From: a bacterium
GTDB taxonomy: Bacteria; Omnitrophota; Gorgyraeia; Zapsychrales; Zapsychraceae
Length of the DNA stretch: 64,000 bases
Direction of reading: 5' to 3'
Assembly: GCA_030429765.1 (NCBI GenBank)
Contig: JAUIER010000003.1
Location: forward strand, 16,402-80,401
Made by a program: the position numbers and the translations under genes. Below the pieces are notes generated by a model. It saw nothing but the letters and a program-made list of their open reading frames with translations. It did no database searches and was not told the DNA's origin. Each line of letters opens with the position of its first letter. The first letter of the stretch is position 1. Positions 10,012 to 19,502 of the stretch are shown here, in pieces.

Positions 10012-11823
10012 ATGAAATTTATCAAGGTACTACTCATCATTATTCTGGTGCTCATCGTTCTGATGGGCGTTGGTGCTTTTATTTTTATCAAGACATTTGA
10101 CGCGAATCAGTATAAAGACAAGATCACCCAGGAAATGACCAAGGCCCTTAACCGGCCGGTCAATATGGACCGAATCGACCTGAAGATGTCGGCCGCCAGC
10201 GGGGTTTCGCTTGAGGTTGTTAATCTGGATATCAAGGATATGCTGGAGGTTGAGTCAACCTACCTAGCTGTTGACTTGATGCAGTACGCCAAGAATCGGA
10301 AGATTGTTATTCCGAAGGCGATCGTCAAGTCACCCAAGATCACCTTTGTTCAGGCCGGAACCGGAGCCTCCGGGGCGGCGGGTAGCGGGTCGACGTCTGC
10401 ATCTGGGGCTTCAACGAGCGGTGTCCAGGAAATCCCTGAAGTTTCAATTGAGACCATCCGGATCGAGAACGGGACATTGCACTATCGGGACATCACACAG
10501 GCCAAGCCTGTTGACATCAAGATTCAGCAGCTGGATGTGGAGATCAAGGATGTCGCATTGGATAAGCCGTTTCCGTATAAGGTCGCGCTTGCCGTTTTTT
10601 CTGATCAGCAGCAAACGGTGAAGCTGGACGGATTGGCTACATATTTGTCTAAGAGCGGAGAGATACGTGTTCAAGATCTGAAGGTGGATGTGCTGCTTGG
10701 AAAGATGTCATTGGCGCAAATTCTTCAGGCCGCGCCCGACCTGGCCGGATCAGGGCTTCAATCGATTGACGGCGGGACATTGATTCTTAATCTCAAAGAG
10801 CTGCTGCTAAAATCGGACGGACAATTAGGTGATGTCTCGGCCGACGGTCAGCTTAAGGATCTCAAGCTTCGGGTTGAACAGCTTCCGGGGCCGGTTGCGA
10901 TGGATGCCGATTTTCAGATGACAGGAACGGATGTGCGCATCGGACAGGCTGTGGTCAAACTAGCCGACGGCGAAGTCAAGCTGTCGGGGAATTTAACCGA
11001 TGTCATGCAGTCGATGGGATATGATCTGAAGCTGACGATCAATCAAGTGGACGTTACCAAGTTGATGGATCAATCAGAATTGCCGGTCAAGATTGCCGGA
11101 TCGGCTCAGGGGCAATTTGATGTCACCGGGCAGGGGATTGATGAAGCGGCGATCCGCTCAAATCTCTCCGGGGCTGGGCAATTTCGGATCGCGGACGGCC
11201 GGATCAAGGACAAGAATTTGCTGGGGATCGTGGTCAATCAGCTGGCCTGGTTTCCGGATTTTTCGAATCGCTTTAAATCGAACCTTTCGCCCAAGTATCA
11301 GGAGCGGATCAAGGCGGACGATACGGTGCTCAATGACGTGTCCGCGGATGTTCAAATCGCGGCCGGGCAGATCCAACTCAAGAATGTTCAGCTTGATGCG
11401 GATGGCTTCGTCTACAGCGCGTCCGGCCGGATGGACTTTGATCAAAATCTGAATCTGAAGTCTTCATTCAGTTTTGATCAGGAGCTTAGTGATACAATGC
11501 TCAAAATGCAGGGTGAACTATCGGCCTTATTGGACAATTCCCGGCGCGTGAATTTTCCGTTCAAAGATTATCAAGGCAAAGCGGATAAATACGTGCCGAG
11601 ACCGGACACCAAAGAGCTGTTTAAGCAGGGCGTGGCGAACCGCGGTAAGGCGGAACTCAAGAAAGTTTTGTTTAAGGCATTAGACATGGAAGAACAATCG
11701 GCGCCCAAGGTCGAAGGCACTTTGAACACGGGCGTTGAAAGTAATTTATCAGAACCCAAAGAAGTTAGTACAGAAGAAGTTCTGATCGATAATGTCCTTG
11801 ACGCTATTCCGTTATTTAAGTAG
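10012..11823 (+). CDS. AsmA-family outer-membrane biogenesis protein
   Basis: N-terminal TM helix MKFIKVLLIIILVLIVLMGVGAFIFI followed by KTFDANQYKDKITQEMTKALNRPVNMDRIDLKM, which is typical of the AsmA N-terminus. The long beta-rich remainder also fits. Confidence 0.7.
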   Translation: MKFIKVLLIIILVLIVLMGVGAFIFIKTFDANQYKDKITQEMTKALNRPVNMDRIDLKMSAASGVSLEVVNLDIKDMLEVESTYLAVDLMQYAKNRKIVIPKAIVKSPKITFVQAGTGASGAAGSGSTSASGASTSGVQEIPEVSIETIRIENGTLHYRDITQAKPVDIKIQQLDVEIKDVALDKPFPYKVALAVFSDQQQTVKLDGLATYLSKSGEIRVQDLKVDVLLGKMSLAQILQAAPDLAGSGLQSIDGGTLILNLKELLLKSDGQLGDVSADGQLKDLKLRVEQLPGPVAMDADFQMTGTDVRIGQAVVKLADGEVKLSGNLTDVMQSMGYDLKLTINQVDVTKLMDQSELPVKIAGSAQGQFDVTGQGIDEAAIRSNLSGAGQFRIADGRIKDKNLLGIVVNQLAWFPDFSNRFKSNLSPKYQERIKADDTVLNDVSADVQIAAGQIQLKNVQLDADGFVYSASGRMDFDQNLNLKSSFSFDQELSDTMLKMQGELSALLDNSRRVNFPFKDYQGKADKYVPRPDTKELFKQGVANRGKAELKKVLFKALDMEEQSAPKVEGTLNTGVESNLSEPKEVSTEEVLIDNVLDAIPLFK

Positions 11824-11877
11824 GTTTTAAGGCAGTTTGGACTTTTTCGCATCACGTTGGAATTATTTGAAATTCTC

Positions 11878-11905
11878 TTGTTATAATTTGAAATTCAACT
11901 ATAAT
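11878..11905 (+). promoter_or_regulatory. Sigma70-like promoter candidate (TTGTTA - 16 nt - TATAAT) in the AT-rich gap upstream of the PilZ gene
   Basis: ttgtta at 11878..11883, a 16-nt spacer, tataat at 11900..11905. The predicted TSS is ~30 nt upstream of ATG 11942. Confidence 0.35.
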
Positions 11906-11941
11906 AAAAATCAGTTAATCAAAAACGGTTGAAAAAAACAT

Positions 11942-13699
11942 ATGGTCAATAAATCCGATATCATTTATAACGAAGCACGAAACAATTTACGAGTTAAAGA
12001 ATCACGAAGCGTTTTGTGGCGAGTGAACGATGGAGACATCAAAGGTAAAGGTCAAATCCGTAACATTTCAACCACCGGCATGCTGCTCGAGACCAACTCG
12101 AATTTTGTTCCTACCGAAGGCTGCCGATTTTCATTTGATTCCGCACTAGGACACGATAATTTTATCCCGCAAAATGGAAAGCTGGTTTGGCACAAACGCA
12201 AGCCGTTCTCCAAGAATAAATATCTTTGCGGGATTCGCTTTGTTGAACCCGGCGAGTATGTGCTGACCAAGCTTCGACAGCGCGTTCAAAAGGGTATCAA
12301 GCATATTGCCAACGCCCGCCGCATGCGCAAAGTTGTCAATTTTATGATGATCATCGGTATGATCGCCATGACCGCGTATGTACTCTGGGAAGCCAGTCAT
12401 GTCTACCAAAATATGAATACCACCAACCGCCGCATGCTGGATGCCTCGCAGCAACAGGCCCTGTTGACACAGAGCTTTTCCAGCCGATTGGATGTCAGTG
12501 AAATGCAGCTGGCCAGTGTCACGGAAGAGTTGGATGCCACACGTACCTTATATAGGGAAAGCCAGGGGCTGCTTGGGGAGGTTCGCGTAGAATTGGAGCT
12601 GACCAAGGCCGTTTTGGCGGATACCGAATCATTGCTTGAACAAACCAAGACGGATCTTGTCGGAGTTCAAGGTGAGCTGTCAACCACTCAATCTGATCTT
12701 GCCGCCCGAACCAAAGAATTGGAAGGCGTTAAAGAAGAATTACTTGGTGCACAAACCAATTTGGCCGGCGTTAGTGCCGGACGTGATGAGCTGGCGGCCA
12801 AAATTAAGGCGTTGGAAGAATCGAACACCGGGGCCAAGGCTGATTTTGAAAACACCATTCAGCTGCTTGAGCTCAAGAATCTTCAGCTGAACGAAGAGAT
12901 GGCCAAGCTTCAGCAGAAAATCACCGACATCACCGCCGCGAATGTGGCCGCTGCCACGACGAGCGGTACCGTTGAGTCCCGCAATATCGCGTTGACACAA
13001 GAGATAGAAACTCTCAAGTCGCAGTTAGCGGCTGTATCTGAAAGTCAAACCGTCGGTGCTGATCAGAAAATCATCCAGCTGAACGAACAAATCGACAGTC
13101 TCAAGGCGCAATTGGTGACCGCGAACAATCAGAATGCCAACCTCAAAGAAGTCCGCATAGACAATCAAAAGTTGAACGACGATATCATCCGGCTCAAGAA
13201 AATGCTTTTGGCGGTCTCGGAAAGTAAAGTGGCGGGCGCCGAGGCCAAGATGGCCGAGTTGAATACAGAGATCGACGGGCTCAAGGGTGAATTGGCAGCA
13301 TTGTCAGCCGATAATGTTCTCACCAAAGAGCAAGGACAAAATTTAATCAAGACCTATCGTCAGGAAATGGCCAAGGTCAAAGATAAGCTCAAACATTTCC
13401 GCGCCGAGGCCAAGAAAGTCCGTGAGGACGCCTTGATCGAGCGTGACCGAATTCAAATGTCGCTGGGCAACCAGGGATACTTCATGAAAAACGGTAAGGC
13501 CGTCCAAGTGGACTACGCCAAGTATGAGAATGTCGGCTTAAATGAAGTCCGCCAAAATCAGGAGATCGAAGCGGTGGCCATCAATGTTCCGGAGGTGGGA
13601 GCCACATCCGCGACACCGGCCGTCGAGCCGACACCGGCGAGTGTAGACAAGCCAATCGACAATCGTCAGTTTGAAATTGACGTCACGTTTGTCGAATAA
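11942..13699 (+). CDS. PilZ-domain (c-di-GMP binding) membrane-anchored coiled-coil protein
   Basis: The N-terminus carries the PilZ motifs RNNLR (RxxxR) and NISTTG (D/NxSxxG). A TM segment MMIIGMIAMTAYVLW follows. Next is a ~350-aa heptad-rich coiled coil with an internal duplication (LAAVSESQTVGADQKIIQLNEQIDSLKAQL / LLAVSESKVAGAEAKMAELNTEIDGLKGEL). Confidence 0.55.
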   Translation: MVNKSDIIYNEARNNLRVKESRSVLWRVNDGDIKGKGQIRNISTTGMLLETNSNFVPTEGCRFSFDSALGHDNFIPQNGKLVWHKRKPFSKNKYLCGIRFVEPGEYVLTKLRQRVQKGIKHIANARRMRKVVNFMMIIGMIAMTAYVLWEASHVYQNMNTTNRRMLDASQQQALLTQSFSSRLDVSEMQLASVTEELDATRTLYRESQGLLGEVRVELELTKAVLADTESLLEQTKTDLVGVQGELSTTQSDLAARTKELEGVKEELLGAQTNLAGVSAGRDELAAKIKALEESNTGAKADFENTIQLLELKNLQLNEEMAKLQQKITDITAANVAAATTSGTVESRNIALTQEIETLKSQLAAVSESQTVGADQKIIQLNEQIDSLKAQLVTANNQNANLKEVRIDNQKLNDDIIRLKKMLLAVSESKVAGAEAKMAELNTEIDGLKGELAALSADNVLTKEQGQNLIKTYRQEMAKVKDKLKHFRAEAKKVREDALIERDRIQMSLGNQGYFMKNGKAVQVDYAKYENVGLNEVRQNQEIEAVAINVPEVGATSATPAVEPTPASVDKPIDNRQFEIDVTFVE

Positions 13700-13731
13700 A
13701 TCCGCCTGATTATCCTTCCATCCAACGTATC

Positions 13732-14508
13732 GTGATCAAACGTTCCAAGAAAATTACACGAACGGATCAGATTTTTTCTTCTCAATCAGTCAAGTTACCC
13801 TATGTACTTGTGCGCTCAAATGCCCGGCGGACATCAACGATTATGGTGGACGAACAGGCCAAGGTCAGCGTCTATGTTCCTTATAAGGCGTCGCAAGTAT
13901 ATGTAGATGCTTTTATCCGTGAGAAGATCAACTGGATTGAGAAATGCGTGGCCAATGCCCGCCAGAATCAACGGATCATCGAGCAGAAAAAGTTTGATCA
14001 CGGCGGGAAATTCTGGTTTCTCGGTAAAAAGTATCCGATTCATGTCAAAGCTGATAATCTGAAACGCGCGGTGATCCATTTTGATGGACTAGGCTGGACG
14101 GTTCGGGTCCCGCCCGATATCGAGGATGAACGCCGTGAGGAGATGATTCGGGACAAGCTGGTCAAGTGGTACCGTCAGCAGGCCGAAGAGATCCTTGGAG
14201 GCCGGATCTTTCATTATTCACGAGTGATCGGTGTTGAGCCTAAAAAGATTGCCGTCCGCAGCCAGAAACGGATGTGGGGATGCTGCGACTATACGCGGCA
14301 GGTCATCCACCTCAATTGGCAGATTGTCCTGACGCCCATCCGGGTGATTGACTATGTGGTGGTCCACGAGTTATGCCATTTGATTCATCCCAATCACAGC
14401 AAGCGGTTTTGGAATAAGGTGGGGTCGGTGATGCCTGAATATCAGGAATATCGGGATTGGTTGCGACGTAATCAGACCGAACTGATGCTGCCGATGGCCA
14501 GGACATGA
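13732..14508 (+). CDS. YgjP-like metal-dependent hydrolase (DUF45, zinc HExxH WLM/SprT-like)
   Basis: VVVHELCHLIHPNHSKRFWNKV motif. The start may instead be ATG at 13846. Confidence 0.7.
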   Translation: MIKRSKKITRTDQIFSSQSVKLPYVLVRSNARRTSTIMVDEQAKVSVYVPYKASQVYVDAFIREKINWIEKCVANARQNQRIIEQKKFDHGGKFWFLGKKYPIHVKADNLKRAVIHFDGLGWTVRVPPDIEDERREEMIRDKLVKWYRQQAEEILGGRIFHYSRVIGVEPKKIAVRSQKRMWGCCDYTRQVIHLNWQIVLTPIRVIDYVVVHELCHLIHPNHSKRFWNKVGSVMPEYQEYRDWLRRNQTELMLPMART

Positions 14509-14726
14509 AGATTTACGTTCGGGTGATCCCCCAGGCCAAACGTGCCCAGATTCGCCAGGAAGACACGGGGTTGAAGGTGTATCTGACAGCCCCCGCGGTC
14601 GACGGCAAGGCGAATAAGGCGCTTCTGGCTGTATTGGCCGATTTCTACGGGGTGCGAAAAAGCCGGATTCAGATCATAAAGGGATTGAAATCACGGGACA
14701 AAACAATTATGATAGAAGGCATTTGA
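14505..14726 (+). CDS. DUF167 / YggU-family small protein
   Basis: MKIYVRVIPQAKRAQI...DGKANKALLAVLADFYGVRKSRIQIIKGLKSRDKTIMIEG. A 4-nt ATGA overlap with the upstream gene. Confidence 0.75.
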   Translation: MKIYVRVIPQAKRAQIRQEDTGLKVYLTAPAVDGKANKALLAVLADFYGVRKSRIQIIKGLKSRDKTIMIEGI

Positions 14727-14780
14727 AGCGGACCAGAGGCCTCCCAGGCCCGAATCGGTCCCAAAAAGCCTGGAGACAAC

Positions 14781-15230
14781 ATGTTACAAGAGCAAATCAA
14801 CAAAGATTATATCACCGCCATGAAGGCGCGGGATTCCGTGAAATCATCAACCTTGAACTTTTTACGTGCGCAGTTGAAGAACGTGAGCATCGAGCAGCAG
14901 ACCGAGAAACTCTCGGACGATGCGGTGATCGCAGTATTAAAAAAGCAGATCAAACAGCGTCAGGATTCTATTGAGCAATTCAAACAGGCCGGACGGACCG
15001 AGCTTGTCGACAAAGAATCGGCCGAATTGGCGGTGTTGCAGGAGTATTTACCCGAGCAGATGTCCGCCGAACAGATTGAGGTTATTGTCAAGGATGCCGT
15101 GGCTGAACTACAGGCGAGTTCGATGAAAGATATGGGTCGCGTGATGAAAGCGGTCGGTGAGAAGACCGGGGGCAATGCCGACAACAAGGTCGTCAGCGAA
15201 GTGGTTAAGAAGATCTTAATGAACCAGTAG
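14781..15230 (+). CDS. GatB/YqeY domain protein
   Basis: KDYITAMKARDSVKSSTLNFLRAQLKN ... LQEYLPEQMSAEQIEVIVKDAV ... DMGRVMKAVGEKTGGNADNKVVSEVVKKIL. Confidence 0.8.
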   Translation: MLQEQINKDYITAMKARDSVKSSTLNFLRAQLKNVSIEQQTEKLSDDAVIAVLKKQIKQRQDSIEQFKQAGRTELVDKESAELAVLQEYLPEQMSAEQIEVIVKDAVAELQASSMKDMGRVMKAVGEKTGGNADNKVVSEVVKKILMNQ

Positions 15231-15239
15231 GCGTAGCAG

Positions 15240-16049
15240 ATGACAAAGACAAAGGATAGTAAGCGGCCGCATGTTGTTATGCGGCTTGTTATCGTATTAG
15301 GACTGGTGATCGGACTGGGGATGAGCTTTTGGCTGATCTGGATTGATCAGCATCGAATTGTGCCGATCGTGATGTATCATCATATAGATGAGCTGGATCA
15401 TCATGCGGTGGCCACGATACCCGCCGACCGGTTTGAAAAACATTTACAGTATCTCAAAGATCACCGATTTGATGTGCTTTCGATGGATGAACTGGTACAG
15501 GCCAAACGATCCGGACAGCGGATATCCCGAAAGACGGTCGCGTTAACTTTTGACGACGGATACGTTGACAATTATGAACAGGCGTATCCGTTGCTCAAGC
15601 GTTATGGATTTCCTGCCACGATGTTTATCAGTTCGGATCTCGTCGGAAAGCCCGGCTATATCAGCTGGGATCAGGCCCGTGAAATGCAGAATAACGGTAT
15701 CACCTTCGGCAGCCATACGCGCCGGCATATTTATTTACCGGACGCGGACCGTGAAGAGCAGTTAGACGAAATTGTGAACAGCCGCAAGATTTTGGAACGC
15801 GAGCTCGGGATGCCGGTCAAACATTTTTCATATCCCGTCGGCGGCTTTAATCACGAAATCAAGCAGATGGTTAAAGTGGCAGGATACCAAAGCGCGGTGT
15901 CGACCAATCGGGGATATGATCGATATAACGAGGACGTGTTTGAATTTAACCGCGTCACGATCGATGAGACCGACAATTTCGGTGCGATCCGCTGGGCTAA
16001 ATTTTCAGGGTATTACAATCTATTCCGCACACCCAAGAATCCAGAATAA
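15240..16049 (+). CDS. Polysaccharide deacetylase (NodB-homology / CE4) with an N-terminal TM anchor
   Basis: TFDDGYVDNYEQAYPLLKRYGFPATMFI ... GSHTRRHIYL. TM segment VVMRLVIVLGLVIGLGMSFWLIWI. Confidence 0.8.
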   Translation: MTKTKDSKRPHVVMRLVIVLGLVIGLGMSFWLIWIDQHRIVPIVMYHHIDELDHHAVATIPADRFEKHLQYLKDHRFDVLSMDELVQAKRSGQRISRKTVALTFDDGYVDNYEQAYPLLKRYGFPATMFISSDLVGKPGYISWDQAREMQNNGITFGSHTRRHIYLPDADREEQLDEIVNSRKILERELGMPVKHFSYPVGGFNHEIKQMVKVAGYQSAVSTNRGYDRYNEDVFEFNRVTIDETDNFGAIRWAKFSGYYNLFRTPKNPE

Positions 16050-16070
16050 ATTATAGAGAAGGATATTTTC

Positions 16071-19000
16071 ATGACAAAATCAGCAGTCAAGTACTCCATT
16101 AATAGCAACGGCTATTTCGTAATAGAAGATTATAACCGATCCAAAGTTTTCAGTAGTTTCTTTCCGGGCGTTGCCGGGCTTTGGGGGATTCCGATGTGGG
16201 TGTTTTATGTGAACAGAGGTCAGGGGATAGCCAGTTTCGGTATTCAGTCCAAGGACAAGGCGATCATGGAATTTCAGCCCGCCAACAAATCCTACCGGCT
16301 CACAACCCTTCAAGGGTTTCGCACATTTATCAAGGTCAAACAAGGACAGAAAACCACCTACTGGGAGCCCTTCCAGAATAATTTTGATGGGACAGACTTT
16401 AAGAAAAAACAGAATATGTATATATCGGCGCATGATCTGATCCTGGAAGAAGTCAATCAGGATTTGGGGTTGACGGTCCGGGTCAATTATTTCACATTGC
16501 CGGACGAGCCGTATTCCGCGCTGATGCGGCGTGTTTCCGTCGAGAATACAAGCGGTAAGAAGTGTTCTATCGAGATCCTGGACGGTATGCCGGCGATTGT
16601 GCCGTTCGGACTCAAAGATTGGCTAATCAAAAATCTGGCCCGTACGGTCGAGGCTTGGGTTAAGGTCCGTAATCTCGATGAGCGGGCGCCGTTCTATCAG
16701 CTGAATGTTGAGGTCGCGGATACGTCACAGGTCACGCACATTACGGAAGGCAATTTCTTCTTCAGCTTTGACGCCACGGCGTCGAAGAAGACTATGCTTC
16801 GGCCGATCGTCGAGGCGACGAAGATCTTCGGATCTAATCTGGATTTCAGCAGTCCCGAAAAATTTGTCAACAATACCTTCCAGCCGTCGTCCAAACAAAC
16901 GACCAACAATAAAACGCCATGCGCCTTCGCGCATCACACGTTCAGTCTGCCGGCAGGCAAGACGCATGAAATTGTTTCAGTCTTCGGTTACGCCCGGGAT
17001 GTGGATCAGCTCAAAGAGGTCCAGAAGCAGGTCGTTCAGGAAGGTTTTGTTCCGGCTAAAGAATCACAAAATCGTGAGATCATCGATGATATCAAAAACT
17101 ACGCGCAGACTAACAGCGCGTCGGAGAATTTCAATTTGTATGCCGGACATACATTTCTGGACAATATTCTACGCGGCGGTTTGCCGATTTCGGTGAGAAC
17201 GAGCGAAGGGAATATTGCCTTCAACGTATACAGCCGTAAACACGGCGATCTGGAACGCGATTATAATCATTTTGTCGTCGCGCCGACATTTTATTCTCAA
17301 GGCAACGGGAATTACCGCGATGTGAATCAGAACCGGCGGAATGATGTCTGGTTCAATGCTGACGTTAAGGAAAGTCACATCGTCAGTTTTCTTAACTTGT
17401 CACAGGCGGATGGATATAATCCATTGGTGGTGAAGGGAACGTCGTTCCGGGTCATGGAACGGAAGGACGCGGACCGGATCATTGATGAGTTTGTGGAGTC
17501 GGGCGACAAAGATCTATTGCGTGATTTTCTGATGAAGAACTTTCAGCCAGGTGAACTGCTGGTCTTCGTCGACGAGAATGACATCAAGATTCGTGAAAAC
17601 GTCCGCGTTTTTCTCGGAAGCGTTCTTGAGATCAGCCAAAAGCAGGAGATGGCGGATCACGGGGAAGGATTCTGGTCGGATCACTGGACATACAATCTGG
17701 ACTTGATTCAGAGTTATCTGTCATTGTACCCCGAGCGTCTGCGTGAACTGCTGATCGAAAACAACGAGTTCAGATTTTATCTGAATCACCATTATGTCCG
17801 GCCGCGAGATCAGCGATTTTACCTGACTGAACATGGGGTGCGTCAGTATGAATCGGTGTGTGATGACAGTAAAGACTTTGATCCGTCGAAGTTTAATTTT
17901 CGGCTCAAGACCCGCAGCGGACAAGGCGAGGAATACACCACAAACCTTTTATGCAAACTATTGTGTTTGATCGTCAATAAGGCGGCCAGTCTGGACCCCA
18001 GCGGATGCGGGGTGGAGATGGAGGCCGATAAACCCAATTGGTATGACGCGTTGAATGGCTTACCGGGTCTCGTCGGCTCGTCGGTGTCCGAGACATTTGA
18101 GCTGCAGCGATACAGTGCGTTCTTACTGGACGCCATCGATAAACTCGAGCTGAAGGACAAGGATGAGTTTCCAATCTTTGAAGAGCTGGCTTCGTTTATT
18201 ACGGGCGTCACGAATTTGTTGAGGGTCAATCATTCGGCTCTGGACTATTGGAACAAGTCCAATGATATCAAGGAAAACTATCGTCAGCGGGTCCGCCGTT
18301 TTATCGACGGGCGGGAAACCAAGATGACGGTCCATGAAATTCGCGCGTTCTTGGAGTTGGTGATCAAGAAAACCACGGAATCCTTAAAGATCGCGCGTAA
18401 CAAAAAGGGACAACTGGCCACATATTTCTATCATGAGGTTACAGACTACAAAAAAATCGAAGGTCAGCATAATGAAGAGCACACGCTGGTCCGTCCGCTG
18501 GCCTTTAAAAAGCATGCGCTGCCGTTGTTCCTCGAGGGCTATGTGCACGCCATGAAGATTCAAACCAGTGTCGCCGATGCCCGGAAGATGTACCGTGAAA
18601 TTCAAAAAAGCGATCTTTATGATGAAAAACTCAAGATGTACAAGGTGAACACAAATCTGGATTCGGAAACCGAGGAGATCGGACGCACACGGATATTCCC
18701 GTCGGGATGGCTGGAAAATGAATCGGTGTGGCTACACATGGAGTATAAGTTCATCCTTGAAATCCTGAGGGCTGAGCTGTTTGAAGAGTTTTACGACAAT
18801 TTCAAGAACGTGTTTGTACCGTTCCAAAAGCCGGCGCGTTATGGCCGAAGTATTTTAGAAAACTCATCGTTTATTGTCAGCAGCGCGCATGAGGACAAAG
18901 ATCTGCATGGACGCGGTTTTGTCGCCCGTCTGTCCGGTAGTACGGCTGAATTTCTGCATATCTGGCTGGTGATGAACGCGGGAGAGCGTCCATTTGCCTT

Positions 19001-19349
19001 GAACAAGGAGGGTGAGCTGGTACTTGAGTTTCAGCCGGCCCTGGCGAGTTGGCTGTTTACGACCAAAGCCACAACCGTTGATTTTGCAGATATTCATCAA
19101 AATCGTTATACCTGGAAACTGCCAAAAAGTTCGTACGCCTTCAAGTTTCTGAACTCCACGCTCGTGGTCTACCATAATCCCAAGCGGAAGAATACATTCG
19201 GTAAGGACAAAGCGGTAGTCCAGCGTGTTGAGATTCTGTTTGATTCGCAGGAGGCCCCGGTGGTGGTTGATGCGGCGCAGATTCCGTCACAGTACGCCCG
19301 TCAGATCCGTGATCAAAAGGCCATACGAATCGATGTTCATCTGGGCTAA
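16071..19349 (+). CDS. Large cytosolic (alpha/alpha)6-barrel glycoside hydrolase/phosphorylase-like protein (GH94/cellobiose-phosphorylase-like signature; family uncertain)
   Basis: 1092 aa with no signal peptide. It carries a PNWYDALNGLPG motif resembling the catalytic DWND(A/G)LN box of GH94 phosphorylases. Its size and predicted secondary structure also fit. Family assignment would need an HMM search. Confidence 0.35.
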   Translation: MTKSAVKYSINSNGYFVIEDYNRSKVFSSFFPGVAGLWGIPMWVFYVNRGQGIASFGIQSKDKAIMEFQPANKSYRLTTLQGFRTFIKVKQGQKTTYWEPFQNNFDGTDFKKKQNMYISAHDLILEEVNQDLGLTVRVNYFTLPDEPYSALMRRVSVENTSGKKCSIEILDGMPAIVPFGLKDWLIKNLARTVEAWVKVRNLDERAPFYQLNVEVADTSQVTHITEGNFFFSFDATASKKTMLRPIVEATKIFGSNLDFSSPEKFVNNTFQPSSKQTTNNKTPCAFAHHTFSLPAGKTHEIVSVFGYARDVDQLKEVQKQVVQEGFVPAKESQNREIIDDIKNYAQTNSASENFNLYAGHTFLDNILRGGLPISVRTSEGNIAFNVYSRKHGDLERDYNHFVVAPTFYSQGNGNYRDVNQNRRNDVWFNADVKESHIVSFLNLSQADGYNPLVVKGTSFRVMERKDADRIIDEFVESGDKDLLRDFLMKNFQPGELLVFVDENDIKIRENVRVFLGSVLEISQKQEMADHGEGFWSDHWTYNLDLIQSYLSLYPERLRELLIENNEFRFYLNHHYVRPRDQRFYLTEHGVRQYESVCDDSKDFDPSKFNFRLKTRSGQGEEYTTNLLCKLLCLIVNKAASLDPSGCGVEMEADKPNWYDALNGLPGLVGSSVSETFELQRYSAFLLDAIDKLELKDKDEFPIFEELASFITGVTNLLRVNHSALDYWNKSNDIKENYRQRVRRFIDGRETKMTVHEIRAFLELVIKKTTESLKIARNKKGQLATYFYHEVTDYKKIEGQHNEEHTLVRPLAFKKHALPLFLEGYVHAMKIQTSVADARKMYREIQKSDLYDEKLKMYKVNTNLDSETEEIGRTRIFPSGWLENESVWLHMEYKFILEILRAELFEEFYDNFKNVFVPFQKPARYGRSILENSSFIVSSAHEDKDLHGRGFVARLSGSTAEFLHIWLVMNAGERPFALNKEGELVLEFQPALASWLFTTKATTVDFADIHQNRYTWKLPKSSYAFKFLNSTLVVYHNPKRKNTFGKDKAVVQRVEILFDSQEAPVVVDAAQIPSQYARQIRDQKAIRIDVHLG

Positions 19350-19502
19350 TACCGTGTAGGTACAACGAGTTTTATGAGTTGAGCGTAAGTTGTTGTAATA
19401 TAAATAATTACAATTCATTCGGCGCTCAGCTGATCCTTCCAACGACAGCTGTATTGTTGTATACTTATAAGAGGAATATCTTCTAATATTTATACTAATA
19501 AT

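Noticed and set aside
16705-17196. 163-aa R/S-rich +-strand ORF inside the glycosidase-like gene
   Set aside because: It is an alternative frame of a long intact ORF. The highly basic low-complexity translation is typical of out-of-frame reading.
19350-19502. AT-rich 153-nt region upstream of the giant gene as a defined promoter
   Set aside because: It is clearly AT-rich, with A/T tracts and tatact/aataat elements. I could not place a convincing -35/-10 pair with 16-18 nt spacing. It is noted only as promoter-like within the giant-gene finding.
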